From an uncultured delta proteobacterium (GTDB lineage: Bacteria; Desulfobacterota; Binatia; UBA9968), in assembly GCA_963755715.1 (NCBI GenBank), contig CAVWLW010000054.1, forward strand, positions 142,723 to 206,722: DNA of 64,000 nt, read 5' to 3'. Numbering within the stretch: position 1 is the stretch's first letter; each line of letters opens with the position of its first letter. This document shows positions 53,788 to 64,000 of this stretch, piece after piece. The notes beneath the pieces were generated by a model. It made no database searches. It had not been told where the DNA came from and worked only from the letters and a program-made list of their open reading frames with translations. The position numbers and the translations under genes were made by a program.

Positions 53788-54279
53788 ATGGACTTAGGAA
53801 CTTCGACAACGCAGACAATATCGGGACAGCGGACAAAATTTTATCTTCATCCCGGGCAGATCTTCGTTTCCGCCGAAAGCTCCGCCGTGACGACGATTCT
53901 CGGCTCCTGCGTTGCCGTGTGTCTGTACGACCGACACCTCGAGATCGGTGGGATAAACCATTTTTTGCTTCCCTTCGATAGCAGCGAGGGTCAAGCGGTG
54001 GGACGCTTCGGCGATCGCGCCGTGGAAGCTCTGATCGACCAACTGCTGGCGCTCGGCTCCAGGCGAGAGCGCCTGCGGGCAAAGCTTTTTGGCGGCGCCT
54101 GCGTCCTCGACGCCTTTCGCGACCGACAAAATCATCTCGGTAGTCAAAATGTTCAAATCGCTCGCGAAATATTAGCGACGGCAGAGATCCCGATCGTTAG
54201 CGCGGATGTGGAGGGCCAAAGAGGGCGAAAGCTGATCTTCCACACCGACGATGGTTCGGCGTGGATCAAGTCATTGTAG
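53788..54279 (+). CDS. cheD: Chemoreceptor glutamine deamidase CheD
   Basis: TILGSCVAVCLYD, GGINHFLLP, AKLFGGA, GRKLIF. Confidence 0.93.
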   Translation: MDLGTSTTQTISGQRTKFYLHPGQIFVSAESSAVTTILGSCVAVCLYDRHLEIGGINHFLLPFDSSEGQAVGRFGDRAVEALIDQLLALGSRRERLRAKLFGGACVLDAFRDRQNHLGSQNVQIAREILATAEIPIVSADVEGQRGRKLIFHTDDGSAWIKSL

Positions 54280-54288
54280 GAAATCGCT

Positions 54289-55972
54289 ATGGATATCGAT
54301 CTTGAGGCGATCTTACGCATCTTTAAATCCGAATGTGACGAACACCTAGTCCGCATGGAAGAAGCGCTGATCGTTCTGGAGACCGATCCGGATGACGCCA
54401 AGTGCCTCGAAGCTATTTTTCGCGGCGCCCATACCATCAAAGGCAACGCGGCCGGCTTGGGCTACATCAAAGTCGGCGAGTTTGCCCATGCCTTCGAAGA
54501 ATTGCTCCAACGCTTGCGCAACAAGGTCGCGCTAGTCAACAAGGCAAGAATCACTTTGCTGTTGCGCGCCGTGGACGCGCTCCGGCAAATGATCCCCGAA
54601 GCGATCGGCGGCGCGGACACGCTCTGCGACGAGCACCAATCGTTGCTCGCGCAATTGCTCGATAAAAGTGCGCCGGGCGCAGTCGATGAGATCCCAGCCC
54701 TTGCGCCAGAACTGAATCACCCAGCGGCGCGGCGCGGACGGCTCGAAGATCCGCCGATGCGAATGGAGCGCGCCGATACCGTGCGCGTGGACATTCACAA
54801 GCTCGATCATATGCTCAATCTCGCCGGTGAGATCGCCGTCGCCCATGGCCGGCTGCGCCAGGCACTCGACCCTCGGCTCCATCAACTGGCCGACGCGCTC
54901 GAAGCCCAGGCGCAATTGGAGCGTTTGTCGATGGATCTGCAAGAGCAAATCATGAAGGCGCGCATGGTACCGCTCGGGCCGATCTTTCGCCAATTCCACC
55001 GCATGGTGCGCGACATCGCCCAGGCAAGCGGTAAAGCAGCGCGCTTGGAGAATTATTGGCGACGACGTGGAAATTGACCTGAGCATGGTGGAGAAACTCA
55101 AGGATCCGCTCACCCATATGATCCGCAACGCCTTGGATCACGGCATTGAAATGCCGGATGTCCGTCGCGCTCGCGGTAAAAACGCGGCGGGCTTGATTAC
55201 TCTTAAAGCGCTGCACGAAGGCGCCAACATCGTGATCGAGCTCAGCGACGATGGCGCTGGTTTAAACCGCGAACGCATCGCCGCGCGCGTGCGCTCTTTG
55301 GGCCTTTTTCCCGAGCCCGAGCAACTCGCCGATGGCGAGCTCTGCAAATTTATTTTCGAACCTGGTTTTTCGACGGCGGAAAAGATCAGCGATCTATCTG
55401 GCCGCGGCGTCGGCATGGACGTGGTCCGGCGCAATATTGAAACCCTGCGCGGTAACATCAGCCTCGACAGCCGGCCAGGCGAAGGAACGACGATCACTAT
55501 CCGCTTGCCGCTGACGCTTGCGATCATCGAAGGGTTTGGCGTCGGCGTTGGCGAGGAAATTTATGTGCTGCCGCTGCAGGCGGTGCTCGAGTGCATCGAG
55601 CTTCCCGAGGAAGCGCGGCGCGATGAAGCCAGCCGCGGTGTGATCAATCTGCGCGGCGATCCCCTACCCTATATTCGCTTGCGCGACTGGTTCGGATTGG
55701 CGCACGAACGCCCGACGCGGGAGAACGTCGTGGTCATCGAAGTCGACGGCGTCAAAGCGGGACTGGCGGTCGATACACTCCACGGCGCTCGGCAAACGGT
55801 CATTAAGCCACTCGGCAAACGATTTCAGGATCTGCAGGCAATCGCCGGTTCCGCCATTCTCGGCAACGGCCGCGTGGCGTTGATCCTCGATGTTCCCGGT
55901 TTGATGCGTGAAGTGATCCGATTACAAGCGCAAGGCGCGCCGGCCGATAAAGCTTGCCTTCGGCGGTGGTAG
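54289..55972 (+). CDS. cheA: Chemotaxis histidine kinase CheA (no P2 domain evident); +1 frameshift near 55050
   Basis: Hpt IFRGAHTIKG, dimerisation TVRVD..KLD, HMIRNALDHGIE, DDGAG, SGRGVGMDVV, P5 ILGNGRVALILD. Confidence 0.93.
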
Positions 55973-56023
55973 CTCAATCCCTGCGCCCGAAGCCAACGCA
56001 GTATCATTAAATGGAGAGTTCTC

Positions 56024-56545
56024 ATGGCTGAGAGGCTAAATTCGACGGACGCAATTCAGTACCTAACGTTTCATTTGGCGGGCGAAGAATATGCCGTCGG
56101 CATTCTGCGCGTCAAGGAAATCATTCCTTACGGCGCGCTTACAAAAGTTCCACAGACGCCGCCTTCAATTCGCGGCGTGATCAATCTGCGCGGCAGCGTC
56201 GTGCCGGTAGTAGACCTGGCTTTGAAGTTCGGCCGCGGCATCAGCGTGGAGACCCATCGAACCTGCATCGTGATCGTCGAAGCAAATCTGGACGGAGAAC
56301 CGACGACGATGGGCGTTATCGCGGATTCGGTCAACCAAGTCATCGAGTTTTCCGCCGACGATATATTGCCTGCGCCTGTTTTCGGCACTCACGTGAGCAT
56401 GAATTTTCTCACCGGCATGGGTAAGTCAGGAAGCAAGTTCGTGCTCCTACTGGACATCGACAGAGTGCTATCGGCCACGGACTTAGACAACCCCGCGGCG
56501 CCATCCGCCGGCGCCACGGAGGGCGCCGCAAACGCGATCGATTGA
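56024..56545 (+). CDS. cheW: Chemotaxis coupling protein CheW
   Basis: YLTFHLAGEEYAV, GVINLRGSVVPVVDL, LLDIDRVL. Confidence 0.94.
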   Translation: MAERLNSTDAIQYLTFHLAGEEYAVGILRVKEIIPYGALTKVPQTPPSIRGVINLRGSVVPVVDLALKFGRGISVETHRTCIVIVEANLDGEPTTMGVIADSVNQVIEFSADDILPAPVFGTHVSMNFLTGMGKSGSKFVLLLDIDRVLSATDLDNPAAPSAGATEGAANAID

Positions 56546-56597
56546 TTCAGGAGACCGCGCGCGATTGACGCGGGACTTCCCGGCCAAGGAGATGATT

Positions 56598-57880
56598 ATG
56601 TTGAGAGCGATGAGGCACCTCAAGATGAGAAGAAAGCTCACCCTTCTCTGCGGCCTGTTCAGCGCCGGCTATGCGGCGTTCGGCGTGCTCATGTACCGCG
56701 CGTTTTCGGCGCCGGCGTCTCCCGAGCATGCCGTCTCCATCAACATGACGCTACTTTTCGGCGCTCTGATCCTCTTGATCGTAATTTCGTTCGCCTACTA
56801 TCTCGCTTGGAGTATCGCCCATCCGCTCGAGCGATTCGCGGCGAAGCTTGAAGATATCAATATCGGCAGCTCTGGACTGATTCGCTGGCAGGAAGCTCAG
56901 GATCGCTCACGACGAGATCGGCGATGTCGCGCGTTCGTTTAACCGGTTCATCGCCACTCTGGACGACGTGATCGGCCAGGTGCGCTCGCTAACCGATGCG
57001 GTTTCCACGGCCTCGTATCAGGTTTCGTCTTCCGCGCAATCGTTGTCGCACGGCACGAGCGAACAGGCTGCCTCCGTCGAAGAAACCAGCGCCAGTCTGG
57101 AACAGATGCACGCTTCGATCACGCAAAACGCCGAGAACAGTCGACAGATGGAACGGATGGCTCTCCAAGGAGCGGAAGATGTCGAGCAGAGCGGCAAAGC
57201 GGTCAGCGAATCTGTCGAGGCGATGAAAATCATCGCCGAAAAAATTTCCATCATCGAGGAGATCGCCTACCAGACAAATCTGCTAGCGTTGAACGCCGCC
57301 ATCGAAGCGGCGCGAGCCGGCGACCACGGCAAAGGCTTCGCCGTGGTGGCTACGGAAGTAAGAAAGCTTGCCGAAAGAAGTCAAAATGCCGCTCAAGAGA
57401 TCCGCAGCGTCGCCTCTTCAAGCGTTACGGTCGCCGAGAAGGCCGGCCTGTATGCTCAGCGAGCTGGTCCCCGCGATCCACAAAACCGCCGAGTTGGTTC
57501 AAGAAGTTGCCACCGCATCCCGAGAACAGTCGGCGGGCGTAGCACAGGTGAACCGAGCCATGAACCAGGTCGATCAGGTAACTCAGAGAAACGCGGCATC
57601 CGCAGAGGAACTTTCCGGCACTGCCGCGGGGATGGCCGCTCAAGCGGAACATCTCCAACAACTCATGACTGTGTTTCGAGCAGCAGAGGGAAACCCGTCG
57701 GTCGGGGCGCGAGCGGAGCTGCGCCAGCCTGCGCTCGCCGCGCCCGAAGCCCACCAGCCAAGCCGAGTTTCAAGGCGACAGCCCGCGAATCAAATGGGCG
57801 TCAACGAACCGCGTCATGGCAGTTTGGCCTCGGCAAAAGAAGAGCGGCCGGTGGCATTGCCGATACGAAGAGAATTATGA
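56598..57880 (+). CDS. Methyl-accepting chemotaxis protein with two TMs and no periplasmic sensor; net +1 frameshifts near 56890 and 57448
   Basis: TM-short loop-TM, HAMP ([13 protein letters not shown]), [35 protein letters not shown]. Confidence 0.85.
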
Positions 57881-58011
57881 ATCGAGCGCGCGATCCATAA
57901 AGACGCAACAGAGTGCGTGAATCCGCCATCGACTTGCTCGATCACCGGAAAATAAATTTGGCCGCCATATCCTAGGCCGGGGGACAGATCCATTTCTGTC
58001 GCGCCCTCCCT

Positions 58012-58027
58012 CGGAACGGAACTTGCT
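58012..58027 (+). promoter_or_regulatory. Putative internal sigma54 promoter upstream of the PstS-like gene
   Basis: CGGAACGGAACTTGCT (GG-N10-GC); palindrome GACAGA-N6-TCTGTC at 57983-58000. Confidence 0.5.
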
Positions 58028-58219
58028 CGTAACAACGCGGTTACGGTTTGTCGTCCGCCACAGGATGAAAGAAATCCGCCCGAAGGACACCAATTTCCTT
58101 GGGCTGCCATTACCTTCTTGGCGCGCGATGAGGAAAAGGCGATGCCCGCAACGGCAAATAAACCGGGGCATTACATAATTGGAAGCCGTGGAAAATTATG
58201 AACAGAAAAGAGAATACAG

Positions 58220-59033
58220 ATGAGCATGAAGACACAAGTGATCACAATCCTGGCGCTGCTTCTTTATCTGCGTCTCCGCTTCGGCGCAGGAAAAGATCGT
58301 CGTCGGTGGTTCGGGATCGCTGAACGAAGAGATTTCCGATTTGGCCAAGGCCTACATGGCGAAAAATTCCAGCGATGCCATCGAAGTGCGGCCGGAATCT
58401 ATGAGCACCGAAGGCGGCATTGAAGGCGTGCGCATCGGCCGACTTCATATTGGGTTAATTTCCCGTCCGCTGACTCAAAGCGAAAAGGGCAAACTGCTCT
58501 ATCTTCCGATCGCGCGCTCGATGACCGGCATCGTGATTCACAAATCGATCGCGGTCGACAACCTGACCGAAGCGCAGATCTGCGATGTTTTCAGCGGCAA
58601 GCTCAAATCCTGGAAGGAACTCGGCGCCAACGACGCAAAAATCACCGTTCTCACGCGCAAACGTGACGATAACAACACGGAAACCTTTCGCGAAAAAATG
58701 GCCTGCTTTAAGGACCTGGTCATCACGGCTCATGCGATCGCCTTAGTGCGTGGGAATGAAGTATTGGCTGCCCTCGATAAACGTCCAGGAACTGTGGGCA
58801 TCGTAAACCTGGGGTCGAACTACAGAGACTATGAAAACATCAAAGCCGTGCCCATCAACAGCATCAGTCCCACGGCCGAAACCGCGCGCACGGAGAAATA
58901 CCGTTACTTCAGTGAGCGCGGTCTGATTACTCAAGGCGAACCGCACGGCCTCACCAAGCGTTTTATCGAGTTCATGGCCACGGCCGAGGGTCGTAAAATT
59001 ATCGGCTCCCAAGGCGCGATCCCGATCCGATAG
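58220..59033 (+). CDS. PstS-like periplasmic binding protein (PBP2 fold); +1 frameshift near 58262 in the signal peptide
   Basis: Corrected N-terminus ...SASAQEKIVVGGSGSL; STEGGI, IGLISRPL, VFSGKLKSWKELG, FIEF. Confidence 0.78.
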
Positions 59034-59054
59034 TCAGTACTCGGAGTCGCAACG

Positions 59055-60620
59055 ATGAGAAACGCCTTCTCAAAAATCGACGACGGAAGCTGGAGAAACC
59101 GACTCACCGTCCGCTTCAGCATCGTGATCGGCTTTGCGTTGCTGGTCATGTCCTGCCTGGCGACATGGGTCAGCGTCCAATTAGAGCGTCACTCTCTGGT
59201 CGAGCATCTCGAAGATCAGGCGATTCGCTTTGCCGATCTTTTCGCAGCCAACGTCGCCGCGTCGCTCTTCACTTTCAACCGGGAAAATATCGATAAGGTT
59301 GTCACTGGATTTGGCACGGATCAAATGATCCGATTCCTCGAGGTGCGCGACTCGTCGGGAAAAATCATCGCGGTTAAAGGATCGCCGAAAGAGCCGGGCG
59401 AGAGCGTGACGGTAAGCCGTGATGTCAGGTACGCAAAGCAGCCGGTTGGAAAAGTATCTATTTCTCTCTCGACCGAATCCGTTGACGCAGCCGTGCAACA
59501 GTATTGGTGGCGCGCCGCTGTTCGGGAAGGTCTGGGGCTCCTGCTCGTCTCCTTGGTGTTGACCGCCTTGGTGCGCCGCGAGGTATCCGAACCGATAGAG
59601 CACGTGGCCGACTGCCTGCGCGATATTGCGCACGGTGAAGGCGATCTAACCAAACGGATTGACCATGCGGCGCAAAATGAGATCGGCGCGATGGCGCAGT
59701 CGTTCAATGAATTCGCCGACAAGCTGTCGCTCATTATCATTCAGGTCAGAGAAGCGACCGCCGCGGTTTCTGACGCCGCCGCGCAGTTATCGTCCTCGGC
59801 GCAGGAATTGTCGCGCGGCACGAGCGAACAAGCGGCGTCGGTGGAGGAAACCACGGCCAGCCTGGAAGAGATGCATGCTTCGATCACGCAAAACGCCGAG
59901 AACTCGCGCCAGATGGAACAAACCGCGGTCAAGGGCGCCAAGGACGTGAAGGAGTCCGCGACGGCCGTCGCCGAGTCTGTCGATGCGATGAAAACCATTG
60001 CGCAAAAAATTTCCATCGTCGAGGAGATCGCCTACCAGACCAATCTTCTCGCTCTCAATGCCGCGATCGAGGCTGCGCGCGCGGGCGAACACGGCAAGGG
60101 CTTTGCTGTGGTTGCGACCGAAGTCAGAAAGCTCGCCGAACGGAGCCAAACCGCGGCGCAAGAAATCGGTGCGTTAACCGCGTCCAGTGTGCGCGTCGCC
60201 GAGCGCTCCGGCGAGCTTTTAAGAGAATTGGTTCCGGCCATCCGCAACACCGCCGAGTTGGTTCAAGAAGTGGCGACCGCGTCGAAAGAACAAGCTGCCG
60301 GCGTCGCCCAGGTCAATCGCGCGATGATTCAGGTCGATCAAGTAACCCAAAGAAACGCCTCCGCCGCGGAGGAGCTCTCCAGCACCGCTGAGGAAATGAA
60401 TAACCACGCCGAAAGTCTGCAAGAGCTCATCGCGCTTTTCCGCACCGCCGCGCCGCTCGCGCCGCGATCGACGCCCGCTCCGAAAAAAAACCTGGAGCCT
60501 CTGCAGCATCGCGCGGCGCCGGCTCATTTGAGAGCGGCGCCGAGACGAACGGCGGATTTAGGTGCCAACGGAGCGGCCAATCCAGCTTTAAACAACGACC
60601 AGGATTACAAGCCTTTTTAA
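59055..60620 (+). CDS. Methyl-accepting chemotaxis protein with small periplasmic domain, HAMP and C-terminal pentapeptide
   Basis: Two TMs, [13 protein letters not shown], conserved MCP hairpin, terminal DYKPF. Confidence 0.93.
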   Translation: MRNAFSKIDDGSWRNRLTVRFSIVIGFALLVMSCLATWVSVQLERHSLVEHLEDQAIRFADLFAANVAASLFTFNRENIDKVVTGFGTDQMIRFLEVRDSSGKIIAVKGSPKEPGESVTVSRDVRYAKQPVGKVSISLSTESVDAAVQQYWWRAAVREGLGLLLVSLVLTALVRREVSEPIEHVADCLRDIAHGEGDLTKRIDHAAQNEIGAMAQSFNEFADKLSLIIIQVREATAAVSDAAAQLSSSAQELSRGTSEQAASVEETTASLEEMHASITQNAENSRQMEQTAVKGAKDVKESATAVAESVDAMKTIAQKISIVEEIAYQTNLLALNAAIEAARAGEHGKGFAVVATEVRKLAERSQTAAQEIGALTASSVRVAERSGELLRELVPAIRNTAELVQEVATASKEQAAGVAQVNRAMIQVDQVTQRNASAAEELSSTAEEMNNHAESLQELIALFRTAAPLAPRSTPAPKKNLEPLQHRAAPAHLRAAPRRTADLGANGAANPALNNDQDYKPF

Positions 60621-60636
60621 AGGCACCTTTCAAGCC

Positions 60637-61521
60637 ATGAAAGCCATGTCCGAACGTGAGTTCAGCCTGTATCGCAAGCTGATCTACAGCAACGCCGGTA
60701 TTTGTTTGACTCCGCCTAAAAAAACGCTACTGGAAGCGCGCCTTGGGCGGCGCTTGCGAGAGTTGGGCCTGGAGTCATTTCTCGACTACTATCAACGTGT
60801 CACGACCGATCCGACCGGGCACGAACTGGTCCAGTTGCTGGACCGGGTCACAACCAACGAGACGCATTTTTTTAGAGAACCGAGGCAATTCGAATTTCTC
60901 GAACATGTCCTTTTGCCGGATTGGCGAGCTCAAGCCGAAGCTGGACTGCGGCCGCGTCAGCTGCGCGTCTGGAGCGCCGGTTGCGCCACCGGCGAAGAAC
61001 CCTATTCGCTAGCGATGACACTCTTGGACCATTTGCCACCCGCGCGTGGCTGGAAGCTGGAGATCATCGGTACCGATCTTTCCTCGCGCGCCGTCGAATC
61101 AGCGCAAAAGGCGATCTGGCCGATCGCAAAGGCAAAAGAAATTCCCGACAAGTACCTCAAACGCTTCATGCTGAAAGGGACCGGCGAGCAAAAAGCGTGC
61201 ATGAAAGCCGGACCGGAAATTATCTCGATTGTGCGCTGTCAAAACCTCAATCTGAACGCCGAGCATTATCCGATTCCGGGGATCTTCGACTTGATCTTTT
61301 GTCGCAATGTCATGATCTATTTCGATCCTCAATCGCGCGCGTGTGTCATCGATCGCCTGTTGCGCCACCTCGCGCTCACCGGTTACCTATTTGTCGGTCA
61401 TGCCGAGAGCTTGCACGGAGCAAGCGCGCAACTGCGCCACGTAATCCCGACCGTGTATAACCATAACTCCGCACCGCAAAGCGCCGCCAACCCGCCCTGG
61501 CAGGCGGGCGCAACTCGATAA
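60637..61521 (+). CDS. cheR: Chemotaxis methyltransferase CheR
   Basis: TTNETHFFRE, WSAGCATGEEPYSLA, DLIFCRNVMIYFD, GHAES. Confidence 0.95.
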   Translation: MKAMSEREFSLYRKLIYSNAGICLTPPKKTLLEARLGRRLRELGLESFLDYYQRVTTDPTGHELVQLLDRVTTNETHFFREPRQFEFLEHVLLPDWRAQAEAGLRPRQLRVWSAGCATGEEPYSLAMTLLDHLPPARGWKLEIIGTDLSSRAVESAQKAIWPIAKAKEIPDKYLKRFMLKGTGEQKACMKAGPEIISIVRCQNLNLNAEHYPIPGIFDLIFCRNVMIYFDPQSRACVIDRLLRHLALTGYLFVGHAESLHGASAQLRHVIPTVYNHNSAPQSAANPPWQAGATR

Positions 61522-61525
61522 CCCG

Positions 61526-62623
61526 ATGGAGCCACGATCTTTGCATGTGCTGGTGGTTGATGACTCCGCGGTCGTGCGCGAAGTGATGAGCGCGGTCTTG
61601 TCCCAAGAAAGTGGCATCACAGTCGCGGTTGCAGCCGATCCGTTTATTGCGATGACCAAAATCAAGCAGCACCGCCCCGATGCGATTATTTTAGATCTGG
61701 AAATGCCGCGCATGGACGGGCTTACTTTTCTAAAAAAAATAGTCAGGGAAGATCCCATTCCAGTAGTCATTTGTTCGGCGCTCACCGGACCGGGTACCGC
61801 CGTCGGTATTCAAGCGCTCGAAGAGGGCGCAGTGGAAGTTGTGACCAAACCGCGCCTGGCTGTGAAACAGTTTCTCCATGAGTCCGCGGTCATTCTGATC
61901 GATGCGGTACGCGCGGCTGCCAACTCGCGCGCCACACCACGGCGCCTCAATGACCGCCCGCCAACGCCGCGCTTCACTGCCGACGTTGTCCTGCCGTCCT
62001 CAGCCAAGCCCGTGCAACGCGCACATACCGAAACGGTCGTTGCCATCGGTGCCTCGACCGGCGGGACCGAAGCCTTACGAATCATTCTCGAGGCCATGCC
62101 CACCGACGCTCCCGGAATCGTCGTCGTCCAGCATATGCCTGAAGGTTTCACCGCCGCCTTTGCGCAACGTTTGAATCAGGGCTGCGCGATCGAGGTCCAA
62201 GAAGCCACTAACGGCGATTTGCTGACCACCGGCCTCGCGCTGATCGCGCCGGGAAACCGCCATGCGCTCCTGCGCCGTGACGGCGCGCACTACACCGTAG
62301 AAGTGATCGATGGCGCTTTGGTGTCTCGCCATCGCCCGAGCGTCGACGTGCTATTTCGCTCGGTCGCTCAGAGCGCCGGCGCCAACGCGATCGGCGTGAT
62401 CTTAACCGGCATGGGCAACGACGGCGCCGAAGGCATGCTCGAGATGAAAAATGCCGGCGCCTTCACGATCGCTCAGGACGAGTCGTCATGCGTTGTTTTT
62501 GGCATGCCGAAAGAGGCCATAGCACGCGATGCCGTCGATCGGATCGTCGGCTTGTCGCGCATACCCCATGAGATTTTGAGCGCCGATTTACAAAAGCCTC
62601 GGCTCCAAAGCGGACGCCGATGA
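61526..62623 (+). CDS. cheB: Chemotaxis response regulator methylesterase CheB
   Basis: Receiver domain, IGASTGG, VQHMP, HRPSVDVLF, LTGMGNDGA, VFGMP. Confidence 0.96.
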   Translation: MEPRSLHVLVVDDSAVVREVMSAVLSQESGITVAVAADPFIAMTKIKQHRPDAIILDLEMPRMDGLTFLKKIVREDPIPVVICSALTGPGTAVGIQALEEGAVEVVTKPRLAVKQFLHESAVILIDAVRAAANSRATPRRLNDRPPTPRFTADVVLPSSAKPVQRAHTETVVAIGASTGGTEALRIILEAMPTDAPGIVVVQHMPEGFTAAFAQRLNQGCAIEVQEATNGDLLTTGLALIAPGNRHALLRRDGAHYTVEVIDGALVSRHRPSVDVLFRSVAQSAGANAIGVILTGMGNDGAEGMLEMKNAGAFTIAQDESSCVVFGMPKEAIARDAVDRIVGLSRIPHEILSADLQKPRLQSGRR

Positions 62624-62708
62624 CTCAGAATGGTGCGCGCCGATGCAGCGCGCTTAACAGTGTAAAACATGCTTGAACTTGGTCAGGAAAAGAAGGGAGA
62701 ATTCCATC

Positions 62709-63101
62709 ATGAGCGAGAATAAGAAAGTAAGCGTGCTGGCCGTTGACGACTCCAAGACCATGCTCGCTATGATTTCGGCCCAACTGAGGGGCAGTGATTT
62801 TGAAGTCGTGGCGACCGCCAGTAGCGGGCTGGAAGCCCTCGAAAAATACCAGCAAATAAAACCCCAACTTGTCCTCCTGGACATCGTGATGCCGGAAATC
62901 ACTGGGATTGACACGCTGGAGCGTCTGCTGCAGGCCGATACCGGCGCGCGCGTAGTTATGGTCAGCTCGGTGGGAACCGAAGACACCGTGCGCGATTGTC
63001 TGAAGAAAGGTGCCAAAAGCTTTTTACAAAAACCGCTGCAAAAAGAGGGCATGCTGAACATTTTGAAAAATGTTTGCCAGCAGACCGGAGTGGAACTATG
63101 A
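62709..63101 (+). CDS. Single-domain response regulator (CheY-like)
   Basis: LAVDDS, LLDIVMPEITG, VSS, FLQKP. Confidence 0.9.
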   Translation: MSENKKVSVLAVDDSKTMLAMISAQLRGSDFEVVATASSGLEALEKYQQIKPQLVLLDIVMPEITGIDTLERLLQADTGARVVMVSSVGTEDTVRDCLKKGAKSFLQKPLQKEGMLNILKNVCQQTGVEL

Positions 63102-63958
63102 GCACGAGATTCTTTGGACAGTACTTGCTGGAAAAAGGGCGCATTACGTCACAGCAACTGCTTGACGCATTGGAATGTCAAAACGATATCACCGCGCCCA
63201 TCGGCGCGATGGCTCTAGAGCAAGGCCTGCTAACGCCGGCTCAGATAAGACAAGTGCTCGATCAGCAGAGAAAAAAAAACCAGCGCTTCACCGAGGTCGT
63301 GTGTGAAATGGGGCTTCTCAAGCAAGCCCAGATCGATGCCATGCTCCAGCACGGCGGAGAAACGCCTCATCGGCTGCTTTTGGGCGAAGCGCTGGTCTTG
63401 AAGGGATTTGTTACTCCCGAAACGCTCGATAAAGAGCTCAAGGAATATCACAAGGAATCTGAACGAGAGGGCGCGGAAATCTCGCTCGCCTTCAGCAATC
63501 TCGCGCATAAAAACATCGTCAAAACTTTCACAGACTTGATCCTGATGATGTTTACCCAATTTGGCAAGCAAAACATCATCATCGAGCGCTGCGAGACCGG
63601 CAAAGAGAAAGTCCGGTTGTTTCGCTGGGTGATCGCGCAAAAGATCGCCGGAGAAAACGTCCAATTCAACTGTGTGCTTTCCGTACCGCCTAAACTGCTG
63701 TTGCAGATGGCTTCGACGATGTTGGACGAAACCATCAGCACGCCGGACGAGCTCGCCTTGGACGCGACCAAAGAGTTCCTCAATATCGCCAACGGCACGG
63801 CTTGCGCCAAACTCTCCGAAGACGGCGTGTCTCTGACAATGCTCCCGCCGGAAGTCTACGAAACCACGACGACGCCCTACCCATTGCAAACAAAAGACGT
63901 CGTCTGTGTTCACCTCGCCGCGCCGGACGCGAAGTTAGAAGTCGCTTTCGAGTTCTGA
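63098..63958 (+). CDS. CheX-like phosphatase with N-terminal MshEN-like repeats
   Basis: FGQYLLEKGRIT..QL..AL..Q repeats; C-terminal ATKEFLNIANG (ExxN) and PP motif. Confidence 0.72.
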   Translation: MSTRFFGQYLLEKGRITSQQLLDALECQNDITAPIGAMALEQGLLTPAQIRQVLDQQRKKNQRFTEVVCEMGLLKQAQIDAMLQHGGETPHRLLLGEALVLKGFVTPETLDKELKEYHKESEREGAEISLAFSNLAHKNIVKTFTDLILMMFTQFGKQNIIIERCETGKEKVRLFRWVIAQKIAGENVQFNCVLSVPPKLLLQMASTMLDETISTPDELALDATKEFLNIANGTACAKLSEDGVSLTMLPPEVYETTTTPYPLQTKDVVCVHLAAPDAKLEVAFEF

Positions 63959-63973
63959 AGTCAGTGACGCAAA

Positions 63974-63998
63974 CGGAAGGCTCGCCAAGAGCCTTCCG
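63974..63998 (+). terminator. GC-rich hairpin after the che operon (possible terminator; U-tract would lie outside the window)
   Basis: CGGAAGGCTC-GCCAA-GAGCCTTCCG perfect 10-bp stem. Confidence 0.5.
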
Positions 63999-64000
63999 CC

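Noticed and set aside
58220-59033. Phosphate uptake (pst) operon
   Set aside because: No pstC/pstA/pstB/phoU; the gene sits inside a chemotaxis operon.

Overview
Bacterial chromosomal window, most consistent with a deltaproteobacterial-type lineage such as Candidatus Binatia (inferred from gene style and content, not verified). 1-20 kb is a visibly more AT-rich surface-biogenesis island. It holds Wzm/Wzt and three secreted proteins (PQQ sugar dehydrogenase-like, HExxH metallopeptidase, Fn3/B-repeat protein) that share a near-identical 639-bp DUF4214-like C-terminal module. Upstream of these is a tandemly duplicated ~535-bp regulatory unit carrying a sigma54 promoter, an enhancer-like palindrome and a degenerate GEMM-I (A20, cGAMP-type) riboswitch. 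The island also has a GDP-heptose/branched-sugar operon and a GT2. 20-50 kb is mostly housekeeping: lptD, folC, trpABFCD, argS, tRNA-Ala(CGC) with a serine-recombinase relic, galU, dksA, rubrerythrin/DUF3501/Fur, alr, purHDE, tsaC, pepF, cinA, surE, hslR. 50-64 kb has a coiled-coil protein plus KaiC-like ATPase divergent from a sigma54-type chemosensory operon (RR, cheD, cheA, cheW, two MCPs, an orphan PstS-like binding protein, cheR, cheB, RR, MshEN-like/CheX fusion). About 15 frameshifts, each read as a net +1 insertion, are probably long-read sequencing errors. No CRISPR array or intact mobile element was seen.
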